64,000 bases of DNA from the human T2T-CHM13v2.0 reference genome, Homo sapiens (GCF_009914755.1 NC_060938.1), one strand, 5' to 3'; shown: positions 46,165-62,942, counted from the stretch's first letter. The notes: generated by a model from the letters alone, not told the origin. Numbers and translations: made by a program.

Positions 46165-47652
46165 ATATCAAATCTCCCCAAATTGATTTTTGAGTCAATG
46201 CAGTTGCTGTAAAAATCTCAGCATATCTTTTTATAAAAATTAACAAGTTAATCTTTAGGTTCATACGGAAATCAAAGGATATCGAATAACTAAAACAATT
46301 TTGGAGAAAAACCAAAGTCATGGGCTAATATGAACTTTGTTCAAGGCTTATTATAAAGCTGTAGTAATCAAGACAATATGGCTTTGGATAAAGATAGATA
46401 AATAGATCAAAGGAACAGAATAGAGTTCAGAAACATACACATACTTTCATAGATAACTGATTTTTGAGAAAAATCAGTGGAGAAAACTTTTTAACAAATG
46501 CTTCTGGAAAAATTAGATACCTATATGCAAAAAAATGAAATTTGATCAATACCTTGTATTGTAGATACAAATTAAATAAAGATGGATTAGAGATCTAATG
46601 TAAAACACATAATTAATAAAACTGCTAGGAAAATATATGAGAAAATTTTTGTGACCATGGCTTAGGCAAAGATTTCTTAGGTACAAAAACAAAAGCACAG
46701 TCTACAAAATAAAAACCTGATAAATTAGACTTCATCAAAATTTAAAACTTCTGCTCTTCAAAAAACACTGTGAGAGTATGAAAAGACAAGGTACAGGCTG
46801 GGGAATAATATCTGCAAAGCATGCATCTGATAAAGGATAAACAATCCAATTTAAAAACAGGCAAAGTATCTGATCTGAGACATCACCAAAAATGTATATA
46901 CAGATAGCACATAAACACATGAAAAGATGCTCAATATCATTAGTAACTAAGGAACTGCAAATGAAAACCATAATGAGATATCACCCTACACCTTTTAGAA
47001 TGGTTAAAATTACAAAGACTGACTCGTGTCAAGAGCTGTTGAGGATTTGGAAGAACTAGAACTCTCATATGTAAAATGAGAATGTAAACTGGTACAACCA
47101 CTTGGAAAATAGTTTGGCAGTTACCGAAAGTGTGAAATGTACTTCTACCACATGGCTGAGACATTTTGTTTCTAGATATTTACACAAGAGAAACAAATGC
47201 TTATGTGTATACACAGACTCGTATATGAATGTTCTCAGCAACTTTATTTGTGATAGCCCAAAACCTGGAAACAACCCAGCATCCATCAACAGGCGAATAG
47301 ACAAAGAAATTCTGTTATATGCAGGCAGTGGAATACTACTTAGAAATAAAAAGAAATGATACATGCAACAAGACAGATGAATCCCAAAATAATTTTGCTA
47401 AGTGAAAAAACCAAAGCCACAAGTTGTACCACTTAGGTACAATTCTAGAAAATGCAGACTAAAGTGATACGACATAGATCAGTGGTTGCCTGGGATTGGG
47501 GAAAGTAGGGCTGGGGAGAGACAGGAGAAGGGCATACAAAAGGGAATGAGGAAAGATTATGGTGGTGATTGCATGGCTATACGCATATATCAAAATTCAC
47601 CAATTTTATACCTATATATAATCAGTTTATTGTATATTAATTATATCTTAAT
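46165..47652 (+). mobile_element. 3' portion of the host L1M (ORF2 end and 3'UTR)
   Basis: gaacagaatagagttcagaa, cacatgaaaagatgctcaatatc, terminal attatatcttaata. Confidence 0.85.
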
Positions 47653-47981
47653 ATTTTATTTTTCTAAAGATGTATATTCATTCTTCCTTGTTCAAATAGT
47701 AATGGGTTGTGATAGGAATGAAGAATCCCCAGAATATGTTTTTAAGCTAATTTTTATAGGTAAAATATTAGTTGGGGAGGCACAAAAGGTCAAGGTCATA
47801 AAACCATTTTTCCCCCAGTGCTTTCTTTTCAGTGATATGCTGCAGTGTTACTATGCAATTATCTTTTAGTTATTACCCAAGGAGTACTAATGAAGTGTTT
47901 GAGACCAACAACAAATTGCAAAATCTCCTTTTTCTTTCAATGTTGCATAAATAATAGTGATAAACATTTTCCAATGTTCAC

Positions 47982-48297
<316 letters not shown>

Positions 48298-48919
48298 TGA
48301 AAACATCTGAAATTGTCTCATTATCCTCTGACTTCTTTCCTTGCAGATCCTTAGCAGGCAGTGTGCATGTCACACAATTCTAAAAAGCAGCACCTTGAGG
48401 TGGTATCTAGGCTGGTTGGGTTCTTGGCAGTATCACGAAGTTTTCATACATACAAAAAGTAAGCTTTTAGAAAGAAACTACAGGTTTGTTTCCTGTGGTA
48501 TCATTAAATATGTTTTTCCCTTTGATGCGAATAACATGGCATTTTTTTCAAAGCTCAGGATGCAAAACATGTCTCTGGAAGAATAAATGTTTGGGAGCCT
48601 TAGAAATTCTGGATAGCAGAGATTCTTCATGAAATTTGTCTTTGAAGGATATTGAAAGTTTGGGAGGGGTTTTTTCCCCCTCTGGTTTTTACCCTTGAGT
48701 TAAAAAAGATTAGCCGAGAGACTGAGTCCTTAAAGATTGCTCCACAACTTTTCTACCAGAGCGTTTCAATCCTGAAGAGTGAAATCAGCCTCTTTTACAG
48801 TGTGTTTTATATCAATTTTTATCTGGTCTCTCTCAATTGCTAATTGCCTCTAATTTCAGCTCAACTTATATGGTGGCTGACATAGAATCTAAAATAATTG
48901 TATTGGTCACTTTTTATGT

Positions 48920-49030
48920 ATTTTTTTTTTAGAGACAGGGTCTTGCTATGTTGCCCAGGCGGGATTCAAACTCCTGTGCTCAAATGATCCTCCCCCTCAG
49001 CCTCTGGAGTAGCTGGGACTACATGTGCGC
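48920..49030 (-). mobile_element. Alu monomer (FLAM-like)
   Basis: agagacagggtcttgctatgttgcccaggc...gtagctgggactaca. Confidence 0.8.
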
Positions 49031-49899
49031 TTGTCTTGTATTACATTTTAAGAATGCAGGCATTAAGGAAGTCTCTAAAGGTGAAGCAGGGTAATGGATA
49101 CATCACTTTCTTTTTTTTCCCACCTTTAATCGATTATGGACATTTATGGCTGATAATGAGCACATGTGGCTGATATTTCTAGTTAGAACCAATTGAGGCA
49201 GGTGATTTGTCACTCTCCAAGAGAGCTGTTAAGTATCTCTGCTTTTCAGCCCTGACTGCAGTGCCCTTGGCTCAACTGATATCTCTACATTTGTTTGGTT
49301 TTCATTTCTCCAGAATTGGAGTTCAGATTATATGAGTAAAGGTCTTGCACAATACTTATTAATTATTTTATCCTTTAAAAACAAGACAAATATGTTTAAC
49401 AAGCTAGTCTCTGTGTGTGTATACATAGATATAAAAACAATTGTTTTGATAGTAAGCTATACAAATGCAACATAAATTTTATCAACAAATTCTATTCTAT
49501 GCCTTATTTTTCAGGTCATACAATGCTGCATATGTGTACCCTATTGGCGTCATTATGAAGTAATTAGTTTGCGTGTGTGAGTTGTGGCACAGGACTCAAT
49601 GCTTGGCAAGCTGATATTCATATATTTTGTCTTATTTTAGCTCTTAGAATGAGCCAGATATTTGAAATATTTGTGGCACTTTTCTTTTTAAAGGTCAAAA
49701 CATTTAAAACTATGTACTTTGAGTATCATGAATTTAGTTCTACAGATAAAGAACAAAACTGATAATTCTCGAAAGTTTTATTAAAGTCAATTTATATTTA
49801 AGTTATATGTATATCTCCTAAACATTGTGAATCTGTCTTAGTCCAGGATCTTATAACTTTTCGCCAGAACTATTGAAGTATTCTTTCAATTGGTTCCTG

Positions 49900-51760
49900 C
49901 TGTGGACAGACTAAATGGCTGTAGGATGACTCCAATTATTCTACCCCTGGTGGTCTGCCCTGTGTAACTCCCTCCCCTCAAATGTGTGCCAAGCCTGGGA
50001 CTTGCTTCTCACCTACAGAATATGACAAAGATGAGGAGATTTTTCAGATATAATTAAGGTTCCAAATCAGTTTTTGAGTTAATTGAAAGATTATCCTGGG
50101 TGGGCCTTACTTGATCAGGTGACAGCCCTTCAAAGGCAGACTGGGCTTTCCCTGAGGTGACATTCTCTCTTTCTTGTTGGTTTTGAATAAATAAACTGTC
50201 ATGAAGTAGGTGGCCTTATTGAAGAAGCCCATCTGGCAAAGAACTGTGAGTGACTTTTTAGGAGCTGAGAGTGGCCTCTAGCAAGGAACTGAAATCCTCA
50301 ATCCTACAGCTGCAAGAAAGTGAATTCTGCCAATGACCTGAGGGAGCTTGGAAGATTTTTCCCCAGTCCAGTTAGCCTGAACTTTCTGCATGAAAATTTT
50401 GATTATATTTCTCCTCTGCTTAAAATGCTGCAGTAAGTTCCTGTGGTCAAAAAGATGAAGTCTAAACTTTCTGAGTGTGTTGAGTCTTCATGATTCGACA
50501 CTTGCCTGCCTTTTCCTCTCCTCCCCACGCTTTTCTCCCCCGTGCATCCTGTGCTTTCATCATTGAAACCACCACGAACCACCTGCACCAAGCACATTTT
50601 CACTTTCATGCGTTTGCACGTGTCCTTTTTCCTGGGTTTACTTATCCTCTCCAATCCTTGGGAAGTGTTAGGGTGATTCCTCAGTATTCCTGCTCTTTGC
50701 CTTCTGCGTATATTGTAGAAAGGCACTGCCCTTCCCCATTAAAACTAGGTATGATCATGTGACTTGCTTTGGCAAATGAAAATGGTGCAGAAGTGACACG
50801 TGTCTTATAGATAGAGATGCAAAGAGCCAGTACACGATCCACCATTTCCCCTTTCCTTGCTATAGCCACCGGCGGTGCACCAGATGCTGGAGGCTCTGAC
50901 ACGGGCACCAGAGTTCCCACGCCAGCCTAACAGGTTTTGCAAGCAAACTTGGACATTTATTGTCATAAGCCATCAAGATTTGGGGATTTTTGGTTACTGT
51001 GGCAAAATTTATGTTATACAAGCTGATACATCACTCCCCTCTTGTTGACATAGTTATCCTACAGTACTCAGCTCAAATGTCTGACCTTTCTAGGCAAAAT
51101 GAAGTGTTTTCTTCTTTGTGTTCCAATAGACTCTTAAATGTATCTTTTTAGTATCTATCTCATAGATTGCTGTGAGGATTACCTGAGTAAATATATAAAG
51201 TGCTTATTAACAATGACTAGCACACTATAAGTGCTACCTATTATTATGATTTTATAGCACTTCTCTTGTTTTATTGCAATGATCTATTAAATATTCATCT
51301 TCTTTTAGACTATGATTATTTGGATGGCAAGATCTATGTTGTCCTTCATCATTGTATCATAGACACCTGGCTCAGTGCCTAGAACATAGAAGTCACTTAC
51401 TAAATATTTGCTAATAAACGTATATTTTACATATGCCAGAAATCTCTGTTCCTAAGTTTCTCCATGTAGAACTATAATCCCAATGTGTATTTTGTTACCA
51501 TAATTTATAGACAGTGTTTAAGAGAAAGTTATGCTTTTCTTGTTTCATAGCTGTTAAGCAATGAGGAACAGTTACTAGACTATGATATTAAAGATTCTAG
51601 TAGGCTTGAATTCTGTATCTGTGACCTTGGACACAACAAGCTTCTTTTTCCTCATTTGCACAATGGATACTTACCTCGTGGTTTTTATAAGGAATTAATT
51701 AAAATCATTTTTGTGAAATAGCACAGTGCTTGACAGATGGAAAACATTTAGTCATTTATT
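49900..51760. mobile_element. Cluster of old repeats: MLT1 LTRs (~49900-50370, ~50640-51030), L2 and MIR fragments
   Basis: agattatcctgggtgggcc, tgtgacttgctttggcaaatgaaat, catagattgctgtgaggatt, cagtgcctagaacatag. Confidence 0.65.
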
Positions 51761-52221
51761 ATTTTTATACATTGGCTGTTATGTAAAAATAATTATTGGT
51801 TCTTATTTTACTTCGGGCTTTCCCCGGCTTGCTTGATCTACATGTTTTAGTGTCTGTTTACAAAACAAGGAGGCTGATCCTTTCTTTTTCATAAAAATGA
51901 TGTAATTTATAATTTTTGCCACATGCCTTGAGTTTCATACTCTAATTGTAAGTAACATGAAATAGTATTGTATACCTATAACCATTTGAGCTAAAACCAA
52001 AACCAGACGTTGTTGTCATTGTATGAGGAATTCACTAATGTATTTAGCATTCTCAATATAGTAAAATCCTACAAATTATGCTTACCCTAGGAGAAAAGTG
52101 AAAAGCACATCTTACATATTTTTCCTGCCAATGTCACAATTACATTGTTTCTATCTCAAAAAAACAATCATTACCTGCATTAAATCTAGATGTACCACTT
52201 TATACAGATCCTTGCATCTTT

Positions 52222-52289
52222 TTTAAAAAAATTTAATTTAACTTAATTTTAAGTTCCAGGATACATGTGCAGGTTTGTAACATAGGTAA
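52222..52289 (-). mobile_element. Extremely truncated (~70 bp) L1PA 3' end
   Basis: ttttaagttccaggatacatgtgcaggtttg; 16-bp TSD agatccttgcatcttt at 52206-52221 and 52290-52305. Confidence 0.88.
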
Positions 52290-53094
52290 AGATCCTTGCA
52301 TCTTTAAAGGTAGCTGCCAAAAATACTCTCGATGTGTAATCTTTAACTCATTCTAGAAAATCTGTCCAATTCTTTTCAAATGAAATTGCAATCTAGTCAA
52401 AACTAAGTATCCCTTTAGAAACAGAATAGAGGAGTAAAGAAGATTAAAAAAGAAAACGGTCCAAAATGTGACTCATTCCTCTGGTTTGAGGTTTTTAAAA
52501 AGACATGCAAGGAAGAGCAGAATATAGATTTTCATTTTGTGGTGAGTAAAAAATTACCTTAGTGGTAAAGTGGGTACCATTTTGCATGAAATACTGCAAT
52601 TTCTTAAAAAAGTAATCTAAAAACTTATTTGGGTCATTGTTAGCAAAGTTCACACCAAGTTTCTTCAAAACATAGCTCCTAATCTTTTTCTAAACTTTTC
52701 AGAGTAACTACAATGGTAGAATGAAGAAAATATTTTGATATCAGAAAATGTTTCTCCAGCATTGTAATAAAATGCCCAGTTCATTATCTTAGCAAGACTT
52801 ACATTACTATAGTTAATTTTTTAGTCCTTTTTTCTTTCATATACCATGTTCTAAAATTAATTACAATACTCTAAAATGTAAATTGTGGAAATGAGTATTT
52901 AGAATTCACCTTTTTTCCTGTAAAATGTTTTTAAATTTAGAAGTACCCTTCAATGGTTGGGCCAGATACATTTTTTTAAATTTACTTAACTTTTGGAAGA
53001 AATTAAAATATTTTGTTTCACGATGTATTAAGACCTTTCCTTGTCTCCTTGTGAAGTGGGAATAGAGCTCATCATTATTAAGATGAATGTTTGA

Positions 53095-53398
<304 letters not shown>

Positions 53399-53934
53399 TG
53401 AAAATATGATTCTTATAAATTCTTAACTAAAATAAAATTATTTAAGAAAATACTGTTTTATTTATATATCTGTTATTTCCATACCAGGAAAATTTCTAGA
53501 TTAGAAAATTCATATGTAGAATTGGCAATTATGTATTTATTTGAATACAAAAATAATGTCACTCTCACCAGTATTTTCTGGTGTCATAAATGTTAATATT
53601 AAATATTTAGAAATCTGTTAACAAATCATGATGTGATTGGCTGGTGTATACAACACTTACTGCACTCATATGAACAATAAAATAAGAATAGAAGCAGTTT
53701 CTTCTAGGGTGTGATACTTCCTTTTTTACAAAAGTAAGTACTGAATAAGAAAAGCAATTTAGAAAAATCCTTTTATGAGCAAAATGTGCCGCATTTCAAC
53801 TTTCTAATTCAGGACAACATGTGCATTTTTGAAGACATAAATTGTCAGTCATGATAAAACCACCACAGTCTAATCTGGGGAAAAAGACAGCATTATCGCC
53901 ATAACAATCTCTTTTATAACACAGTGTGCATCAT

Positions 53935-54170
53935 GTGCATGAGTTTGGAAGGCAGACAGACCTTGGCTTCTTCCCTGGTTTCTCCCTTTCCTGCTGCATA
54001 GCACAGTTAAGTGACTCAGTGTCTCTCATCGTCAGGTTTATCATTTATAAAATAGGGATAATAGCATCTATCTCCCAAGGTTATGTGAGGTTTAAATAAA
54101 CCCTTGTAAAAAACCCTTGTTTCACACAGCTTGGTACAGGTAAGCACTTAATATCCATTACTATTATTAT
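53935..54170 (+). mobile_element. MIR (another fragment at ~54880-55010 on -)
   Basis: catttataaaatagggataatagcatctatctcc; cccactttacagatgggga. Confidence 0.65.
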
Positions 54171-54258
54171 TGCAAGTGTAGTACTTTATTTCTTAAAATG
54201 TATTTTCACATAGACTCTCTCATTTGAGATAATAAACTCCTGGATGACAGCACAGCTT

Positions 54259-54718
54259 CTTTTTTTTTCTTTCTTTCTTTTTTTTTATTATTATTATACT
54301 TTAAGTTTTAGGGTACATGTGCACAATGTGCAGGTTAGTTACATATGTATACATGTGCCATGCTGGTGTGCTGCAGCCATTAACTCGTCATTTAGCATTA
54401 GGTGTATCTCCTAAAGCTATCCCTCCCCCCTCCCCCCACCCCACACCAGTCCCCAGAGTGTGATGTTCCCCTTCCTGTGTCCATGTGTTCTCATTGTTCA
54501 ATTCCCACCTATGAGTGAGAATATGCGGTGTTTGGTTTTTTGTTCTTGCGATTCTTTACTGAGAATGATGATTTCCAATTTCATCCATGTCCCTACAAAG
54601 GACATGAACTCATCCTTTTTTATGGCTGCATAGTATTCCATGGTGTATATGTGCCACATTTTCTTAATCCAGTCTATCACTGTTGGACATTTGGGTTGGT
54701 TCCAAGTCTTTGCTATTG
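54259..54718 (-). mobile_element. 5'-truncated young L1PA (L1PA2/3-like)
   Basis: ttatactttaagttttagggtacatgtgcac; TSD gacagcaca(g/a)ctt at 54246-54258 and 54719-54731. Confidence 0.95.
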
Positions 54719-56260
54719 GACAGCACAACTTTTATTACAGAAGTATATACAAGTATTTAATAAGTGTGATTTTTGCTGAATGTGTTCAGATGAAAAGACA
54801 GCAGATTACATTCCCTGTGCTTTCATGTAAGATCACAATGTGTTGAAGATAATATTTTTCTACTTGTAGTATATGACTTCAAAACCATTTAAAGACATTA
54901 TTTCGTTTATTCACCCTTGTGAAGCTTTATCCCACAAATCCATCTTTTATTCCCACTTTACAGATGGGGAAGAGAAATGTGAAGTAACTTCCCTAAGGCC
55001 ACTGGGCAATCAGCTCTATAATGAACCCTCTCTTTATGATGGAATGCTCAGAATGTGGTATCTTCTGTTCTGGATGTTGATAAATCCTGAAAATTCCAAT
55101 CTTGTTTGTAAGTGTTTGAATGCAGAGAAGTGAAAAGAGGGCATTAATCAGTTGTGGTGTGAAGCCTTTGGTAGCAGTCTTGCCATCCAGTCATGGCTAT
55201 TGATGCCTTTAATCTCTCAGTGACCAGCAAGTGTTAAATCCATTTTTAAAAGTACCTTGTAACCTCCAACCTTGAGAAGATGAAAAATGGTTTGGGGAGC
55301 AATTAAAAGCCCCATGATATGTGGAGTAATTTTTAAATGAGATTTCCTGCAAGTACTTACATTTTACCCAAAGGTTGAGAATTCTTTTCTCTCTTTGTCT
55401 GGATGGAGTTAGCTTCTTGCCAGGAGGAAGCAAGGTAATGTTGGTAATAGTCTCAAAATGACCTATGAGAACATTCTGCTTTAGGGTCTATTTCTAGGAG
55501 GCAAATGACAATTGCTGCCATTCTGTCACACCAAAACATGCTAGTGGTAGTGGGGACCAATTTGTATACTCAGCAAAGAGGTCTGGTTGCAATTGAGCTA
55601 ATTGACAAATTTCAGTTTTTTTCTTGGGCACAAAACATGTTCTAAGAGCCTTGTGGGAAAAGGCGATATATGTGGAGCTCCTATTATTCCATTCTGATTT
55701 ATGTGCATTGCTACTTATGAATGGCTTCCTTTTAATTAGGTGTTTAATTTAAAACAGAACCTGTGACTATAATAACCCCCAAAGCACAAACTTGGAACAT
55801 TAACCATTTGGGGTTGGGGGGAGGTGGAAATTCAGAAAGCCATTCCATCACAAGGCTATAACTGATGTACAGCACATGAAAGAATTCTTTATTATTTTAT
55901 AGGACCATTAAGAAAACATTATGGAAAACAGCTTACACTGCTAAATAAAATTTAATTTGTTTTCCAGAATTATGATTTTTGTAAAAAATTATGTCTCATT
56001 GAGTGTATTTCTTTTTAACTTTTGAGTAAAGTAGGTTGGAAAGGGTCTTTAATTTGGGTGTTTAACCAGAAAACCTATTCTGAAGAAAAACCTCTTTCTT
56101 AATTCCTTGTTGCTTTGCAGACAGTATGTAAATCCGAAGGCAGGATTTAGGATGAAAGCAAATGAAAAGGGACATTGAATAATTAATGGTCATAGGAAAG
56201 AAAGAGCACTCAATGGAGTCATCACTAAATTCCTGTAAGTCCAAGACTCTAACACCCTTA

Positions 56261-56264
<4 letters not shown>

Positions 56265-56313
<49 letters not shown>
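56265..56313. repeat. (AC)n microsatellite, ~24 units
   Basis: Direct. Confidence 0.98.
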
Positions 56314-56315
<2 letters not shown>

Positions 56316-59144
56316 TAAACGAGGCTTTAAGAGTTTAACAATTCTATACCCAGCTGAAAATTAAACCAAAAGAGTTTCATGGAGTCATTCTGAGATGCTC
56401 ATAGAAGTATTAGCAAAAAGGAACTAATCTGTTTTATACTTCATGTTCACATTTTAGAATAGCATTCTGTGATCATTTTTAATGGGAAAATAAAATATAG
56501 GTGACCTCTCCAGGAATCAATATCCTTTTTCTCCGTTCTTGGTATTTTGCAGGCTGATTAATTTGCAGAGGTTGGCTTTGATTGCTGCTGAAGTAGAAAG
56601 CATTATAGATTCTCTGTTATTCTACAATCCACTTGGATGAGATCTGTGGTTCTATCTCTATATATTTATCTACCTTTCCGCATGGTGCTTAGTACCGTAG
56701 CTCTGTGCCTCTCCTAAACACATTGTGAAAATCTATTGTGCTGAACTCTCAAGTCTCTTGCTGTGAATAGGTAACTACTCTTTTTTCCCTCCCCCAGGAG
56801 AGCTGTTCTGTTAGGTAAAGGTAAATGAGCCAGACAGAAACAGGCATTTAGAAAACAGCTTTGTGTGTGTATATGAAGGATGTTGCTGGCTAAGTTTGAA
56901 AGCAAAAAGGGAAGGCACTGAAGGTCAGAAGATTTATATAATTCATATAGCAATTAAAGAAATAATGACTGAGAGAAAATGTGCTCAACGTGGAATGTGG
57001 GGTATTCTCCAATGCTTTAATGGAAGAGTTCGATATTTCCAGTCTTTAACACCCATTGGTGTAGTGTCTTGGTTATGGTTTTTGGCCATCAGTCAATCCT
57101 GGATAAACCTTTTTTCAGTTTCTAATGAACAGTTAAAGGAACGGTATCATAAATAGTCTCTAAATCACCTCTTTTCAAAAGTTTGAGATAGAAATAAAGC
57201 ATAAAGGTTTTTTTTAAGGTCTAGTCTAGCTAGGAATGTTTCTTATAGATTACATCTTTGAGCAAATATTTCTCTACATTTGAAATATTTCATCATTAAG
57301 TGGTAGAATTATTGTACACCCTTTGACTTTTAAAGTATAGGTATATTTGAAGTTGCTTAAATGTGTACATTGGGAAAAACTGGGTAAAGTTTGCATAGAT
57401 CCAAAGTTTAGATTAGTTTAAATACACACTGAATCAAGTATTATAATGTAAAAATCTTTAAATATATTTGATCAATTTTTTAGTATTTGATGATAACATT
57501 ATACAGCTTGTTCAAGTGACTGTCAAAACCATCTTAAAAATGCATTTAGAAGGATTATATAACCCAGTTATATGTTAAATATACTCCTTATGCAGAGATT
57601 TATGCTTTAATAATTATGGTGATCTTTAAATAATTAGTAGTTGTTGAAAATGTTATTTAATTCATTATATTTTCTGAAAAATCAATATAGCATTAAATAC
57701 TTTTATGTGAAGCCTATGTAGAAAATAATCTGAATTCCTTCCCAGGAGCAAATCCAGAATCATATTGGCGAATAAACACCATTATTGCTACTGCAAACTG
57801 CTACTTAAGAAATTTGCTCCCAATTAACCTTATAGAAAAATGAAAAACCGTCTTCTAGAAATGAACGCATTTATTGCTGTGAATATGTAAATTCCTCCAC
57901 ATTTCTACAATGTCAAAATAAACTGTTTTTAATCTATATTTATAGATCAGAGTTGGGAGCAACTTCTCTGTCTTTTACAAACAGCCTTGACTTCCCACTC
58001 TGAGTTCAAAACTGCCTTAAAATGTGTATTTTTTGTATACAAAAGGCATTCTAAAATTGTATTATGCAGTTATTGTGCTGAAAGAATGACCCTTGCCATG
58101 CTTTGTTTACTGAATGTCAAATTTTCATTTGTATTACAGCTGTGTACCATAGCAGTTTCGGTTTTGTATGAAGGGCAACTAATGCACAAAACAGTCAAAC
58201 CACAGAGCAGTAATTAGTCTGGAAAAGATCAAAGTGTGCTCTTCTAAATCCAGCCAATTTGCTCTGGGTGTGCAAAACCAATAGTCTTTCTTTCGCTAAG
58301 GTCTCTTATTAATTTTTGCTTTCGTTTGTTGCAGAGCAGCTGCTTTACTGTCAATCCAACATCCTGCTTTAAAAAAATCCATTTTGATGCCACAAATGCA
58401 ATTTCAATGGATTTAGGAATAATAACCAGCTTTTCCCCCACCCCACTTCTAGGAGATAGAAACTTGAAAGTTTTCAGCATCTGTAAAGTGCAAGAAAGCA
58501 ACATAAAGCATAGCACTGTTTAGATTTGTTGCTCTAGAAAAGGCCGAAGAAGAGTGATTAGTAAATGTTTCTGCTGTTACACTGTATGTCTGTTGTTCTC
58601 TTTTCTTCTTAACATGAGTTATTTTTATCCTTACGGTCACATTGTTAATTTTCGTGGAAAAATTATTTAATGCTCCAAATTATTAATTAAATTCAATCCA
58701 GCTGAAAAAAACTTAAACCGACTAATACTTCACACATCTCAGGATAAATACAGTAAAATAAGTAGTATCACTTGCTATTTTCTTGCTGTAATTATTATTT
58801 TTGAGTGAGTATGAAAGTGGCATTTGAGGCTGATGAATAAACCTTATCACAGGAGGTAAGTGAATAAGACTGCAGAATGAGAAAAAGAGCATAATATCAT
58901 CACTTTAAATTTCTTTATCCAAGCAATAAATATTAACATGTACTAGCTGAATAAATATGCTTTTTTTGTGTGTCTAGTGTTACAACAATTTTCTGGTTTC
59001 ACAATAAACTATTTAAATTTGATTCTGAACTAGTATACTCCAAATGTGTGGCAAATCTTTGTTTTGGTGTCAATGTCACTAGCTAACCAGACACTAAAAC
59101 ACAGTTAAGAAAGCCAAAAAGAGTAATGATACGCACAGTTATTA

Positions 59145-59443
<299 letters not shown>

Positions 59444-60239
59444 GAATCAGCATAATGAAGAGAAGTCCATATAAGTAATTTGCAAAAATTTGTTCATATG
59501 CAAATGTGCAATGCCAATAAAATGACCAGATAGGTTTGTTCCTGAAACATTTTCAATTGAACAGGAATTAAGTGCTTTTGAAAAGTGACAAAGTGATCAT
59601 ACAGTGAAGTTAAGACATCTCTTTCTTTATGTAACTGGTATAAATCAGGTACTAACTCTTGATTTTACTCTGAATTAACCACGACATACTAAATGAACTT
59701 GGGCTTCAGGGTTCTTCATCTTCATATAATATTACATGGTGTCTTACTAAAATCTGTTAGCTCCTGTAACCCCTATGATGCATCGCATGCTTTTCCATTT
59801 ATTATTATTTTAAGGGTCAACTCTGAAGACGATAGTAAATGTGATGGGAGTAAATCTATACTAAAAATGAAATAAAGATATATAACCTACATTTCAGCTA
59901 CTATTACATAAAGTCTTGAGATTCAAATAAAATCTCATTGCTTACCTTTCTCCAGCATCATCTAGGCCTTAACCTGAATCTCCCTATAAGACAACTCAAA
60001 ACATGGCATTTAGCATTTTAAATTGCCTCAGGAAATGCATACAAAAATTCTGAAAATGTTTGAACTGAGAATTTTTTAAAAAAGATATTGATGAAAACGA
60101 GAGCTCTTCGAAAATTCAATAGTCGTTTTTTTTTTTTCCAAAAAGAGAAGAGAAGCTAATTTGTAAACTGTAGGTTGGTAGTCTCATTATCAATTATTGA
60201 GAGAGTGGTTTGTAAATCCTTGCAAAAGTAATTTTCTCT

Positions 60240-61447
<1,208 letters not shown>

Positions 61448-61978
61448 CTAGAAAGTTACAAAATAAAGCCAGAAGCTATGGCTGATGTGCTTGATGGTGA
61501 TCATCATCCCAGGAGAGCTTGAAAAGTGAATCGTTGGGTTGACTTTAGCAAGATGAAATCAGATAGGTGCAAGGGTAAAGTCTTGTCCTTAGGTCCAAAA
61601 ACTCAATGGCAAAAACAGAATATAGAGAGAAATGCCTTAACAATATCACATGGGAAAAAAATTTAAGAGTTTAAGCTGTGTGAATTAATCGGATGTAAAA
61701 CTGACTTACCCCCCACCACAAAAAAAGGAAAATAATCTGCTTTTAAGCTGCATTGATAAAGTAATAAAGTGTTATATAAGCCAATAATGCTCAACTTTAT
61801 ATTTGTAAGCCCAGCCTTCTGACATCAATACTTATTTCCCACAAGCATCTCAGATACAGCAGATACATTAGCTTTTTCTCCTAAATGTTATTCTCTGTCA
61901 AGGTAGTTTCCCAACTCATCTGTTCCCAAACTTGCATGGCTATCTACTCTTCCTCTAGAATATACTAATATACTTTCC

Positions 61979-62131
61979 TTTTTTTTTTTTTGACGCAGTC
62001 TCACCCTGTTGTCCAGGCTGGAGAGCAATGGTGTGATCTTGGCTTACTGCAACCTCCGCCTCCCGGGTGTGTTGTTCCTCTCCTGTGTCCATGTGTTCTC
62101 ACTGTTCAGCTCCCACTTATAAGTGAGAACA
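61979..62131 (-). mobile_element. Chimeric L1 3'UTR fragment joined to an Alu 3' end with poly(A)
   Basis: Alu sequence to cctcccggg, then L1 tgtgttgttcctctcctgtgtccatgtgttctcactgttcagctcccacttataagtgagaacat. Confidence 0.85.
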
Positions 62132-62511
62132 TTGGTGTCAATGTTTTTTCATGCATGTCTTGCCTGTAATGATGTGGGGGATGAATTTCACTATGGTGCT
62201 AACTTTGTCACCATATCCTAGGGTCTCTTTTTTCTCCTTTTTAGTTAGTTTTTATACTCAGTATTTACTTAACATAGTGTTTTAATAGATAGTGATGAGA
62301 ATATATGCTTACATTTTATTTTATTGGATCACAAAAAAGTTGCTCTTCAAGTATTTTATTATTGACACAGAGTCTAACAAACATAAAGAACAGATACTTG
62401 TTAGAAATATTTATAATTTGATCCAGCTATTTAGCAAAAATTGTAATATGTATTTCTTTGAATGTTGAGCTCTGTTTCACCTCCTCCTTCTTTCTAATAC
62501 CTTTTAGTCAC

Positions 62512-62942
62512 TGTTTTAGGTTGGGTTCCCAAAGAAGCAGATCCTGAGGCATGGATTCGAGTGTAAGAATTAATCATAGATTTGGGAGGAAGAGATCCAA
62601 GGAAGGGATGGCGGCAGTGAGAAAAGGCAGGAAATGAAGCTACCGCAGGGAATGTTCTCAAGCAGCTTTCTGCTGTGGGCAGCTCCCCCTGGGACCCTCT
62701 GGAGTCAGTACAGATTCTGAGTTGTGTCACATGGAAGGCAATACATCCCTCAGCTCTTATATGTTTGTCATTGGCTAGACACCAATAACCAAGCACTTCC
62801 GGCCTACCTATCTGCGGCCCCAGAGAGAGCCCTCAGGTGGAGAACACAGGTGTTGCGGCAAGATGCAGTTGTCTGGCATAGGGACAATCTGGACAAAAGG
62901 AATGTGGGCAGGGCCACTGCCTCCTGTGAGATGGTCACCACA
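62512..62942 (-). mobile_element. Old ERVL LTR (LTR16-like)
   Basis: ttgggttcccaaagaagcagatcctgaggcatggattcgagtg motif. Confidence 0.6.

Noticed and set aside
54259-54718. L1PA whose 5' end overlaps the same L1 region as the 30325 fragment, as a possible partner in the rearrangement
   Set aside because: Has its own intact direct TSD, so it is an independent insertion
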